Assembly: GCA_964374105.1 (NCBI GenBank)
Contig: CAYJXI010000005.1
Location: 12,440 to 76,439 of the forward strand
DNA length: 64,000 bases
Origin: an uncultured Planctomycetales bacterium
GTDB taxonomy: Bacteria > Omnitrophota > Gorgyraeia > Zapsychrales > JANLHA01
Reading direction: 5' to 3'
Shown: positions 12,001 to 19,000 of the stretch, in pieces
Layout of the letters: the number at the start of each line of letters is the position of its first letter
How positions within the stretch are numbered: position 1 is the first letter of the stretch
Translations under genes and position numbers: made by a program
The notes under the pieces: generated by a model
The model's database searches: none
Seen by the model: only the letters and a program-made list of their open reading frames with translations
Told to the model about the DNA's origin: nothing

Positions 12001-12255
12001 ACAAAAGTGTCGGATAATGACCAACCAACACAGCCGCCCGGTGGTATTGATCTTAATCCGATGCATCTTAACTTGGAGATTAAACGGGATTCCCAGGGTG
12101 TGCCTTTGCCCGTGCCTTTACAGCCCATTGAACAGATGAAGATAGAAGGATTTGTTCCGATTATTATTAATATCACCCCCATAACTCGTCTACCCTTTTT
12201 CTTAGGGGCAAAGGAGGAAAATGGGGATCCATCTTTTGATTTAAGCCAGCGCTAG
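1..12255 (+). CDS. Giant multidomain protein A, 5'-truncated by the window (at least 4084 aa). It has helical repeats, three AAA+ (AAA_5/midasin-like) modules, an HExxH motif and a C-terminal vWA/MIDAS domain. It is a paralog of the gene at 13096..27921.
   Basis: Uninterrupted 12.2-kb frame-1 ORF running from the window edge. Walker A GPSGEGKT (4690-4713) with Walker-B-like IFLFNEIN (4882-4905). Walker A GYPGGGKTS (6670-6696) with LLDEG (6892-6906). Walker A NGRTGTAKTT (9001-9039) with ILLIDEANA (9244-9270). HELGH at 10366-10380. vWA MIDAS D-I-S-G-S at 11335-11349 and FTDGEET at 11647-11667. K/E/P-rich linker around 10935-11115. Conserved C-terminal tail at 12034-12183. Collinear with giant B at roughly 50-60% identity from about nt 2860 onward, estimated by eye. 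Confidence 0.85.
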   Translation: MLFILFFGTSNGQSKVIEGYDPITAMRLLYFYFKNYMLRNDKDIQQFGNFVERISSGEFIKERWTALSQLIESAEKGEMDKEFLNLGLLETIASSVGDDGVQGAYRELRRVATYVKTDKVASGIVTAEFLKEYSNEAKGSTSWAYMAIGTLFRAGIDKRYPAEEVRIFLDKLVNKLGDSWIGYQSLDSLVRSILYAKEIDSAVLDLPFLSSLLEFDNPGLVLQAYYHLAKAGVVNKENFEKIKNLFDIINDGIHRFNRSPDQIYQPLKKFIQTVKDKDLNRNVLNMDVLAAVFRNMPGNEDYLEREFTALEHLAETVKAEGLNEVILEPRVLLGSWTGAGTSFAWAAGHLRNLARAVKRGEVDSFVLTSDLLPFMAENLQYDIAYGALLLQAMAEAGFVTSENMKEVKEFITVLGQGIKKFRDDLASSGKLDESGVIPNMLGRLIELFQGYAQKQIDSFAVDFNFLKEFLNPERGRLNDAPANLLALNDFAEVLKRQGIDPKTIQYPIVEGTQLTKWGIQKFILGMGHAKIAPSLDIMSVYLDKGGINAENIKDLLDLGADLGGIVTGSYGLSPEALLEIKYLLKAAGPQVIDIPYLNSLLNTLWHNHYDVKASIPFFTMMGNHGLLRQDNSNGISSWLMGIFHLIKVNSGQQHFSVALEDVLAMLKLMLEHGIVKEDNLKILKEIIKEIPPDNAVHYYKGIEDLVNLGVVKPSDLEELKVLIHNMNKIKELSAPARRADQSYHYVIDLINKVKQENLSPAVLDIKLLNTLLVSLLKNRGDLLINSDLAFSELERLALTIKRERLTPEVFLNRDLLIALVEKANSISVAFHRYQEILIASGHEMSEMILGQILDGINIFYAHGRMSIEEYLNKLPTFRAAWPPSDFIRHSPLYAAVELLENKGSLIEEVEYGTDILLYEMVLRGRVYLLLLPPVLAEQLKGNTAREMLKDINPSNYEEELHLAALFVTLRQDIPLTAGLSYEEFLRIVKGDTTSKYTPIISAYIQKNVFGKVERLNLKQQDQIIALGIALHRAVLGMVKKDGGNENVITFRELIRFNENFSRFYLRDTGLKNVLELFILTATNIYGRVLDTSDKRKEFAKILIKLLEGHRELLGQAQVESEGLRGNLEDVVKNIMLFGDYEHLGRQPQAEEIVPEINIRALVERARQVGSASLLIVDDDNAVVVNSVLTQMSQEEDTVMIRLSMNGFSRRQELFGMYIPKTRLSETEINSQLTAVTEEEVKKALKDILGLKDEEMEAALNEWQKSLILNTNPLLREAVALYLKKGGQWREFMEWQDGLLVKLRDLAKKNPNKKFLLAMENISAAPDGVRLLLNPVLWERMVEIPEKGRRIELPENMNFILTMHKDTVIKDESFMNRPLVQYVPDMTQDDWQKYLTIKTGLPAAEAENLLTIFNQLGTVRFKEAVRFNGHDLLEIAQRIKGVSEEKTVKVPEFLLKEIYDYLLLRLRTPEDREKLTAVVSTFPGFEIQPPVIEVDRERAVVNFDGVQVKVSKAFIDYARRNPQKDFVALMNDRYRYIVTEMEMRLLSQLARATKGYGNKAIQLEGPSGEGKTEIGRVWARLLGFNLRERTINQDTNLSEFRGQIRPTKDGRYELYEPQYLTQIEEARNIFLFNEINTNESGSLYYWLFPEMTGRAEKALGEFAQTSDESIVKTARINQNNLWLFTVNPEANYYGRGMTPPIVSSHVTVFTMAQDLNNLPQVVEGHLRRNGLAKRLKPESLKYVVKRLAALHYHLKQFKAEKRLSSPQDITPRDIISVTDKFKQYLSEKMDPKQALLRAVEEVYVYTWQKGADVQLSRLEVKKFFGRTEQTTALEALTAALKQKERPVMVFGNATNDPQQIREYLKKAEPEAIIKDVPLSYFHRQRHFLGGLMPLAREKKEGLEAKIDALRPPLEEKLGLLPSLIQEARLNPNRTVFVLLYEYSHLNPQVAPLLNEFFQTGRIDGIEEMVTLAISEELINLLAAKGKWQQFREEFPGLLPEEMESLTEEQKLSFARWFYSQAPKNLRFVATSSSVEEIKLSPAEINRFLTVNISEEFNALWLERYLRQHISTKLKPYTALIGKIVRETFDLYVQQARNWEYEHNRLGRRDIAAFWERLDQESRLDEDKIKKLAFYTLAMGLRTKYREEWEEKIDYQEDLAAARDQERISYAQRKDGIYLIVDGLEFKTRLTKIPEEKFLAPTKAYVRQLASILLGLESGRPIITEGYPGGGKTSGIEDAAKRIGLKFYKDLMYEDIDLGEFLGRLSKEGQEFLVTALKHDANGHRVVKFLRAYAEGGIHLLDEGAVGTNSQEVITFLSVLSQLPAIDLGVFHPGLAGEVIKRHRDFHLAIAQNPAHSTAGREKILYSTDTLAHKIWTDNALDQEDALAIINYHLDKPDAVLQSLKEEMATIHREFTDVHPRSDEISPRQLIMIARILNQALEEGQDLDRAAFEGVMAAYLTGVSKQEFEQIWTKVSEITQGRFDRYLEEWKEPIDVKINDGYVQFNGMRLPKSVPKGNIQQNDVFIIEDLPFESRSLRAMALGVLMNMPVALLEEEGADAFDLIKKFAYLTGYELVPLWSHPQMTKMHLLTSLLPKFEALMDRYGIKREEAGQEFLMSLGFIARYLMEEKEYNAFNEEERQAQAQKLLFFHLMDAVPERQRVMLNELLTTSKIQLLNEKGEAVTYVLPEWVHIVVSSSLEHKFSSAFINRFLPIQVNTLENLDELIHVIQNRWPLVREEEVSWLKKVVGLVVRYEKQEAFGLHYGFSPQDIYKLAALIHLEKQRDMENNRFNTNPLYYFLKAITIVYGLGLAEDDAKIFEEKIVQEGLLGPLLNTTDKDKLEDIYARLLAQIKKDLVTLDREVYEIRIDVSQLGEGEGLKVANGMSIKRNGQGYIIETAGANIYQVSDQNLNDWTDLTKGNGELLVKQEGDHLVFQLKLIKSIGGVILPRDEFNRMRSLPENEVPTKEFIRFTPEMRMLGAAVLRGWQPVEDHLGRLRPPRVLLMNGRTGTAKTTFIRNLSRVWGVPLYILNAYEDMKVSDMTVGLKLEEGKFQVGIKEFLARVGKINGQRISVPSKTTSNRNILLIDEANAAPDILYSLAPLLRGEKKFTVEYAGESFEVEVDDEVLIALTFNPAETYAGRGAFDRELIAHAEKLWAPDPLRYPDLTLIDILREYHRRGITKAQQELKEQLPTVGLTMHEAFAKVSPYQETVKNLEHPALEELGKVGEEGPEKTQATEPPAVAPTLEPASVATPQVAEISYDVNIIRKNAQEFTKDQGHLDFARDILAGFLLALGDGEQGLNDVVLKAASILGPDVVEILQDIVSLYGREIVKESELKGKFLKLRRVFMAHDVALFMKRPKKRALIILSTEKVKRRLAMSDENLTRLGEDPAKYADLKSQAAVVGGEEYSRPGVSGFFEGEFAFAFEKAVRQELAAAGVETLKNVTFEEFVEWVAFHELGHVMDNLRLRVRGYKIPRLIRWTKLAHDVNASVIGLWLSENLELNSILFPLIFSPKAKEYALYELVNTIRKNKDKKSYYVQAAKGILNGILLKQKGEKEPLITDELEEDRIDAVKKLIEGLTSEELNKIAVELYQQPKEYLATAKAGAYKGKVLISDGGTSLEDINHGVDGTPDVDMEYEDGKAEMKIKTPKGKGPKVIEEPKGGKRKPDAGGKKGPKVKPEDSKKDEKDEEEETPAEETEEKEPDISGVKGDIIKLAQLSPGLISRFLEIFAGVPKIIKVYAESGDEIDIERIITGDLEPFFRQKIIQALASLSSGVTVDISGSTLSRGLHEAFVQMSKYYASLFYYSAVRNKEVEFSISAVGDSFHPLLDFRDSRNKMAVEEGLTKISTTNDYGGINTKEVLEGLKKKYADQKHKKYKMEMVFTDGEETSGLSFEELRQMADSLEKELGIDIVFIGLNTDDVENYSKFINLKNEVSAEQLVDLIIRISLLKVERGMLPHGNLAERFGMEDKAAKEDIGEEEFLRPESGLKKIPSKDSAILTKVSDNDQPTQPPGGIDLNPMHLNLEIKRDSQGVPLPVPLQPIEQMKIEGFVPIIINITPITRLPFFLGAKEENGDPSFDLSQR

Positions 12256-12316
12256 AAAGAAAGTACAACCGCGCCTACTTTTCTACAAATTTAACCCGGA
12301 TAGAACACCCCCATCG

Positions 12317-12844
12317 CTAATTTTTTAATAATTCTGTGTGTGTCCTTAAGAAATCTCTCACCTTTTCATTGAAGGGAACAAATACTTGATAGAGCTTTAG
12401 ATCCCCTGGCGCTTGAGGTTTGAGGATGCGGGCGACTCGACTTTTGAATCGAAAGCTTGTGGGGATGAGAGTTTCTTCCTCTTTTTGGAAGCCAATAGTG
12501 ACATTGGTTTCTGTATTAAAAGGAATAAATTTGGGGATACTACAGGAAAGACCGATTAAACTGATATCATTAGTTTGGCAGTTAAAATTTTCTTCAGATG
12601 TTTTAATCTGAACGGGGAATTTAAAATTGAATCGGCGATGACGTCTCTTTTCCGATAAGATGTTATCGGGATTTTTTAAACTCAAACGAAACTGTTTAAA
12701 CCCTTCCCCGTAGCGTTTGATCCAGTCTAAGGTGGCGGTGGCAAATCCAATTTCATATCCTATTTTTTCGCTTTCAATCCATTTGTGTTTACGGATTTCT
12801 AAAATAGCCAGCTCATCTTTGAGAAATGAATACGGATTCTTCAT
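12317..12844 (-). CDS. PilZ-domain protein (putative c-di-GMP receptor) with an uncharacterised N-terminal roughly 65-aa domain
   Basis: 175-aa ORF on the minus strand with a strong RBS (AAGGAGGG) 5-8 nt upstream of the ATG at 12844. It contains the RxxxR motif (RRHRR) followed about 21 residues later by D-I-S-L-I-G, matching the DxSxxG PilZ c-di-GMP-binding signature. The N-terminal segment has a W-x-ESEK-x-G...DW pattern that I do not recognise. Confidence 0.6.
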   Translation of the reverse strand: MKNPYSFLKDELAILEIRKHKWIESEKIGYEIGFATATLDWIKRYGEGFKQFRLSLKNPDNILSEKRRHRRFNFKFPVQIKTSEENFNCQTNDISLIGLSCSIPKFIPFNTETNVTIGFQKEEETLIPTSFRFKSRVARILKPQAPGDLKLYQVFVPFNEKVRDFLRTHTELLKN

Positions 12845-13095
12845 TCAACCCTCCTTCTTTTTAAAGGTTAAACGGATTATATCAGATCGCTTTTTCAAAT
12901 CAAGCGATATTTCAACTTTTTATCGACGGAGAGGATGGGTTTTAAAGAAGTCGAAGGAAATTCATAAAAAGAAATTGGGATATGGCAGACTCACCAGTCT
13001 GATAACCAAATTTGTTATTTATAATAATATATTTTATACTTATTCTGACTCATCTTTTAAATTATCTCAAAATTATTTTAAAGCTCTCATTCAAT

Positions 13096-16000
13096 ATGCG
13101 GATTTCAAAGCCTTTCCAACGATTTGTAGCTTTGTGGGTCTTGATTTCTTTTCTGGGGACCTCAAGCTATGCCCAAACCATATTAAGCCTTCCTGCCCCC
13201 GGCACAATGGTGACCGTAAGTGAAGGGTTTATGCCCCCCACCTTAAGGGGAGTCACCATCCATCCGGATAACCCATTGAGCTTCGACTTTATTTTGGATA
13301 TGGGAGATTCCCAGCTTAAAACGCAAGATCTGGAAAGGGAATCATCAAAACTGATCAAATATTTCCTTGCCTCGTTAACGATCCCAGAAAATGAACTTTG
13401 GGTCAATCTTTCTCCTTACGAAAAAGAGAAAATCATCTCGGATCAATTTGGTTTGACCGAGATGGGAAGGGATTTATTGGCGCAGGATTATATCTTGAAG
13501 CAATTGACGGCCTCACTCATCTATCCGGAAAATGAGCTGGGAAAGAAATTCTGGGATCGGGTTTATCAAAAGGCCTATGAGTTGTATGGGACGACCCAGA
13601 TTCCAGTCAATACCTTCAATAAAGTTTGGATTGTCCCCGAACGTGCGGTTGTCTATGAACAGGGGAATACTGCCTTTGTGGTAGACACGCATCTTAAAGT
13701 CATGTTGGAAGGGGATTACTTGGCCCTCAGTGAAAATTTTAAGAGAAGAAATTTTACGGAAGATCAATTGTTAGACAAAGAGGTCAAAGAGCTCGATCAA
13801 ATGAGCTCAAGTATCGTCAAAGAGGTGATCTTGCCTGAGATTGAAAGAGAGGTTAATGAAGGCGAGCATTTTTCCCAATTGCGGCAGATTTATCATTCGT
13901 TAATCCTTGCCGTTTGGTATAAGCAAAATTTGAAGGAGAGTTTATTAAGCAAGGTTTATGTCAATCAGGGAAAGGTGGATGGGGTGGATATCGAAGATAA
14001 GCAGAGCAAGGAGAAGATTTATGAACGGTACCTCGAGGCCTTTCAAAAGGGGGTCTATAACTATATCAAAGAAGATTACGATGCTCATACAGAAAGTTTG
14101 ATCCCCCGAAAGTATTTTAGCGGCGGGGTTCAGTTCAGCCTGGAAAAGGTCAAAGATCAGGCCATTTTGACCACGGTCAAAAAGAAAGAACAGCTGCCCC
14201 TTGAGTCCCGAAAACAATTGTTAAGACACATCGAACGGGCGCGTCAAGGGCGATTTAATCTGATCGCCGCAACCTTAGCGGAAACAACCGGGGATGCCCA
14301 AGCCTTCTTAAGGAATCACCTCGCAAGGCTTAAGACCGAAGATTCGGATCCTCTTTCCCAAGAGTCACGTTTAAATCAAGGATTATCTGAAATCACAACC
14401 GGATTGATCGGCAAACAGTATGAGGTGACTGATGTCCGCGTTGAAAAAGAACGTCTTATCCTCACCACCAAGGATAAAAAGACCATCTCTTTGAATGTCA
14501 GGGAAAAGAAATGGATAACTCAGGATGAGCTGGTTGCCAGATTCAAAACCGCCTTTACCGGCAATGGAAATTTGAAACTCATCACGGATATTGTCAAATT
14601 GTTGCCGGAAAAAATCCAGGTCTTGACCTTTGAAAATCTAGAAGGAGACCTCCTGGGGCTGGCCTCACGAAAATTAGGACTATTGGCCCTGCATCAAAAT
14701 TTGGCCAATAATCCTACCGCCCTTTTTCATGAAATCGGGGAGTTCTTGGGACAGAGTGAGGGAGAGGCACAAGCTCCTTTGAATCTGGAATTTAAGATCA
14801 CCAAAACTCAAGCCAAAACTTTGGGGTTTCTTTATGTCCGTGATCAAAAGGGGAGGGCCATGAGAAAGCTTGCCGTTGAACAACCAGAAGTCGTGGATCT
14901 TTTTCAAAAGGGGCCTAAGAATCATCATTACTTATTGAGGGGCATGCAAAGGATTCTCTTACCACAAGAGGATAAACAATTGTCCATCGAGATTAAAAAG
15001 GCCTTGCATGAAGAGGAGCTGAAAAAGGAGACCAGGGCTGTATTTAAGCGAATCGAGGAAGAGGCAACAGGCAACGTCTCTCTCCAAGATAAATTGACAA
15101 ACGATCAAGCCCAAATCAAAGAGATCCTTGACCTTTTAACTTTGGCTTATCTTGTTAGTCAAAGGGCGGTTGAGAGGGACTCTTTGAAGGCGATTTTTAT
15201 GGGAATCCTTCAATCCGATTCTAGCGAATTTAGGAATTCAATTTATGAATCATTGAAGAATCTTGGGCGATCAGCCATCTTAGAAGAGCTGAATCCACAC
15301 CTTATCCGTTATGATATTCTTGCCCGCCTGATTTCAAAAGGAGGAGAGCAAAGTCCTCTTTTGATCAACATCACCCGATCCTTTGCGCAAGCGAGAATTC
15401 TGACGGGAGACAACCTCGATAAATTTGAATTTCTTATGCTCAACGTTATCCCATCGAATTCTAAAAGGGGAGAGATCTATCAGTCTTTGTTAAAGCTCTC
15501 TGAGCTAGCTCTTGAAGAACTCGATTCCTATGTGATTTTAGGAATTCTGAATTTAGACTTCATAAGACAAATTTTAGATGAGTTAAAACAAGATACACCG
15601 AAGGCGCTTAAGATATTAATTGGATTAACCCAATTAGGAGTCATCACCCAAGAAGCTAAAAGGGATAAACTGAAAACCTTAAAGGCCCTCTTCAGCGGCC
15701 GTGATACAGAAAGGTATCGAAAACAGAAAATTTATGATAGCCTCCTTCATCTTACAGAGACATTTGCGGAAAAAGGGTTAAATCCGCAAATTCTTGATTT
15801 AGAAATCATCCGAGCAGATTTTCTGGCGATATCTAAAAATTCTGATGTCGCCATGGACACTTTTCTTGCCTTGACTGAGATAGGTTTCATTGAACCAAAG
15901 ACACTTAAGAGAATTAGTGGCCTTCTATCCACCCTTGGCATGGGTGATTATAATTCAAAAGACAATTATGACTCTTTGCTGAAATTAGTTAAAGCCGTTA

Positions 16001-19000
16001 AAACAGAAGACTTACCTTCCCAGTTGTTGGATTTTGATTTGTTGAGTACAGTTATCAGTTCTTCTAGGCTAGGTTCCCATCGAGTTCTTGACATGTTATT
16101 AGAAATGGGAAGGGCGGTTAAGACCAATGGGGTAAACCCTGTCATTGTCGATTTAACTCTGCTTAAGGCAGTATTGAATCATTCTCCTTGGCATTCTCAT
16201 GATGTCTATAAAGAAATCTTAAGTTTGGCGGAAACTGTTAAATCTCATAATTTACCTGTTGGAACCCTTTCCAAAGATACCTTAATGAGTCTCCTTGAAT
16301 ATACAAAGATAAATGCAGGAAAAGGAATTCAAATTTTGAAGGCACTTGCTATAGGCGGGGCCATCAAATATGGCGAACTTGATCGCGTAAGAGGTCTTTT
16401 TGTCATTTTTACCGGACAAGATTCGGAATTTTATAATTCTACTTTGCAACACATAGAGGAATCAATCCGGCTCCAATTGGACCCAGTTGTCTTGGACTTT
16501 GATTTGATGAAAAATATCTTTATGCAGAAAATAGCTCCTATTGATTCCAGTTTTAGGGCTTTAAGGGAATTAGCCGAGGCGGTCAAAACAAAGGGGCTGG
16601 ATCCCTCCTTATTGGATGTGAGGTTGCTTGGGGTCGTCACCAAAAAAGAACGGCCCGGATTAGCAGAAATGATTAACGGCTTAAAGACATTGGGAGAATA
16701 TGTCAACAAATACCACTTAGCGGATTTAAAGCACAATATTCTCGATGTCGAACTGCTTAAAACAATCGCAGAGGAAGCGGATGAGAATATTTATAAAAGT
16801 CTGGCCATGTTAGCCAGAACCGTCAAAGAGAAACACTTGGATGAAATAGCGTTGGATCGGGAACTTCTCATCGACATCATTCGCCATTCCAAAGGTTTTG
16901 CGACGGCCAAGCAATTGGATCTCCTGAGCAGTATAGCCAAAGCGGGGCTTCTTTATCCGGATAACCTAGAAAGATTTAAGGATTTTATCAGACAAATTAA
17001 CGAGTTGAGAGAATCCTTTAGAGACGATTTTTCGCAGATTTTTGAAGCCATCGCTGGTTTATTTGATTCCGCTCAAAAAGGGGAGATCAATGAATTCATC
17101 ATTGATTTTGATTTAATTCTTGGGATTTTAGAAAGATCACCAAAACCGATTTCTATTCTTAATTCCCTTAAGGAGATCGGCAAGGCGGTTAAGGTCAAAG
17201 GAGTGAACTTGACCGTGAAAGGCCTTGAGGGGCCGTCAGCGCAAGAACAGGAATATAATTTGGCAACAAAACTGATCCAACAATCGACACATACGGCCAC
17301 TATTCACAAATCTTTGGATCTTTTAACTGAATTGATTGAAAGCGGGTTTGTTCAGCGTGACATCAAACAGGCGGCTCGGTTTATTGCGTTGGTTAATGAG
17401 GATTTGTTTGATGTTTTGATAGAACTCCTTCGAAGTTTTCGAAAGAAAAATGTCAATACCTCGGTCTACGATCCGGATTTTATTTCCCAAGTGATTTCCA
17501 TGACTAAAGACGCAAATGTCTATGGGATTGAAGCCTTAAAGGAGTTGGCAGAAGCGGATATGTTGATCGAGGGTCGGAAAGAAGAAATTATGACATTTTT
17601 CCAAGATATTACTAACATTGTTAAAGAAGAGTTTAGAGCAGATGCCTTTCAGGTTTTAAGTCACTTTATCAAATCTTCAGTGATTAAGTTCGGTCGTTTT
17701 AAAGAGATCATTGATTTCTATAACAAAATTAATAAGTTAAATAATCAGCCTTGGCCTTATCAGGCAATTTTGGCTTTGGATAAAGTTGGTCGAGTAAGAT
17801 TCGAGAATTTAAAAGATTTAGAGACTTTGCTGTTGATCATTGATCAGAAAACCTCTTCTTATGATTATTTAAATTCTATCATTTCCTCAACACAATATGT
17901 CAAAGATAACGAATTGGCCACCGTCATCCTTGAACCTAAATTATTGACAGAAATCCTTGCCAAAGAAATTTCCCATCCTGAATTTAAAAAGATTCTCGAT
18001 CAATTGATCGAATTGGCCAAAGTGATTAAAAGGAAAGATATTCCCATTCAATTGGCTATCCATTTGGATTCCTTTCGATATATTTTTGGGAATTTTGCTC
18101 CAAACTATAGCCTAGAAATTTTTAAATGGTATACGGACTTTCTCAAAGAAAATAGTGAATCGCTTAACTCTGTCCTCATAGAAGGTATTTGGGATGGGAT
18201 GAAACTCGTTAAGACAATCAAGGAAGAACAAGGTGGTGAGGGTCAAAAGGAAGTCTCCCAATTTTTAAATTGGTTTAGTTCGCATTTTGTAAAGGATAAA
18301 GAATTGTTTCCTTTGCATTTTAGTTTCAAGACATTTGCCGAGGAAGGCAAATTTACAATTGACCGGTTTTCGGTTGAGAACAATCTGTATTTACTCCCTA
18401 CCGAGATCCGCCAAAAGATTAAAGAAAAAGGATTTGAAGAGATCTTAAAAGAGGTAAATCCCTCCAATTATCTTGAGGAAGTTTATGCCGCCTCACTCTA
18501 TGTGGCTTTACGTCGAGATGTACAGGTTGCCATCGGTTTGACCTTTAAGGAATTCTTGGAGATCTTAAACGGAAAGGCCAATTCTCCCTTTAGTTCCCTC
18601 GTGACTTCCTTGATACAAAGAAAGGTCTTTAAAATGGAATTGGAGCTCACCCCCAGCCAGCAAGAACAAATCATTACTTTAAGTATTGCCTTGCATAAGG
18701 CCATGTTAGATCTCTTCCATGAATCGGCAACAAGCGGAAGCGTCACCTTCCGTGAGCTTATTCGATTCAACGTCAGTTTCAGTAAATTTTATTTGCAACA
18801 GATTGGGTTAGAGAATGTGATCGAGTACTTTATTTTAACCGCCTATAATATCTATGGCCGAATTATTGATACCCAAGAGAAAAAAGAAAAGTTTACAAAG
18901 GCCATGATCGGACTTTTATATTCAGATAAGTTTAAGCTTTTGCTGGGACAGGCGCAAATTGAATCCGAGGGAATCAGGGGGAAAATCTCCGAAATTATCC

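Noticed and set aside
13012-13095. ORF-track TTG start for giant B, adding MLFIIIYFILILTHLLNYLKIILKLSFN
   Set aside because: The in-frame ATG at 13096 yields a canonical signal peptide and lies about 55 nt downstream of promoter-like hexamers. The upstream extension would bury the signal peptide behind 28 extra residues, and the segment is AT-rich promoter-like DNA.
12717-13223. 168-aa plus-strand ORF spanning the PilZ 5' region and intergenic DNA
   Set aside because: It overlaps the well-supported minus-strand PilZ gene (RBS plus motifs), runs through the AT-rich promoter region, and gives a low-complexity product.
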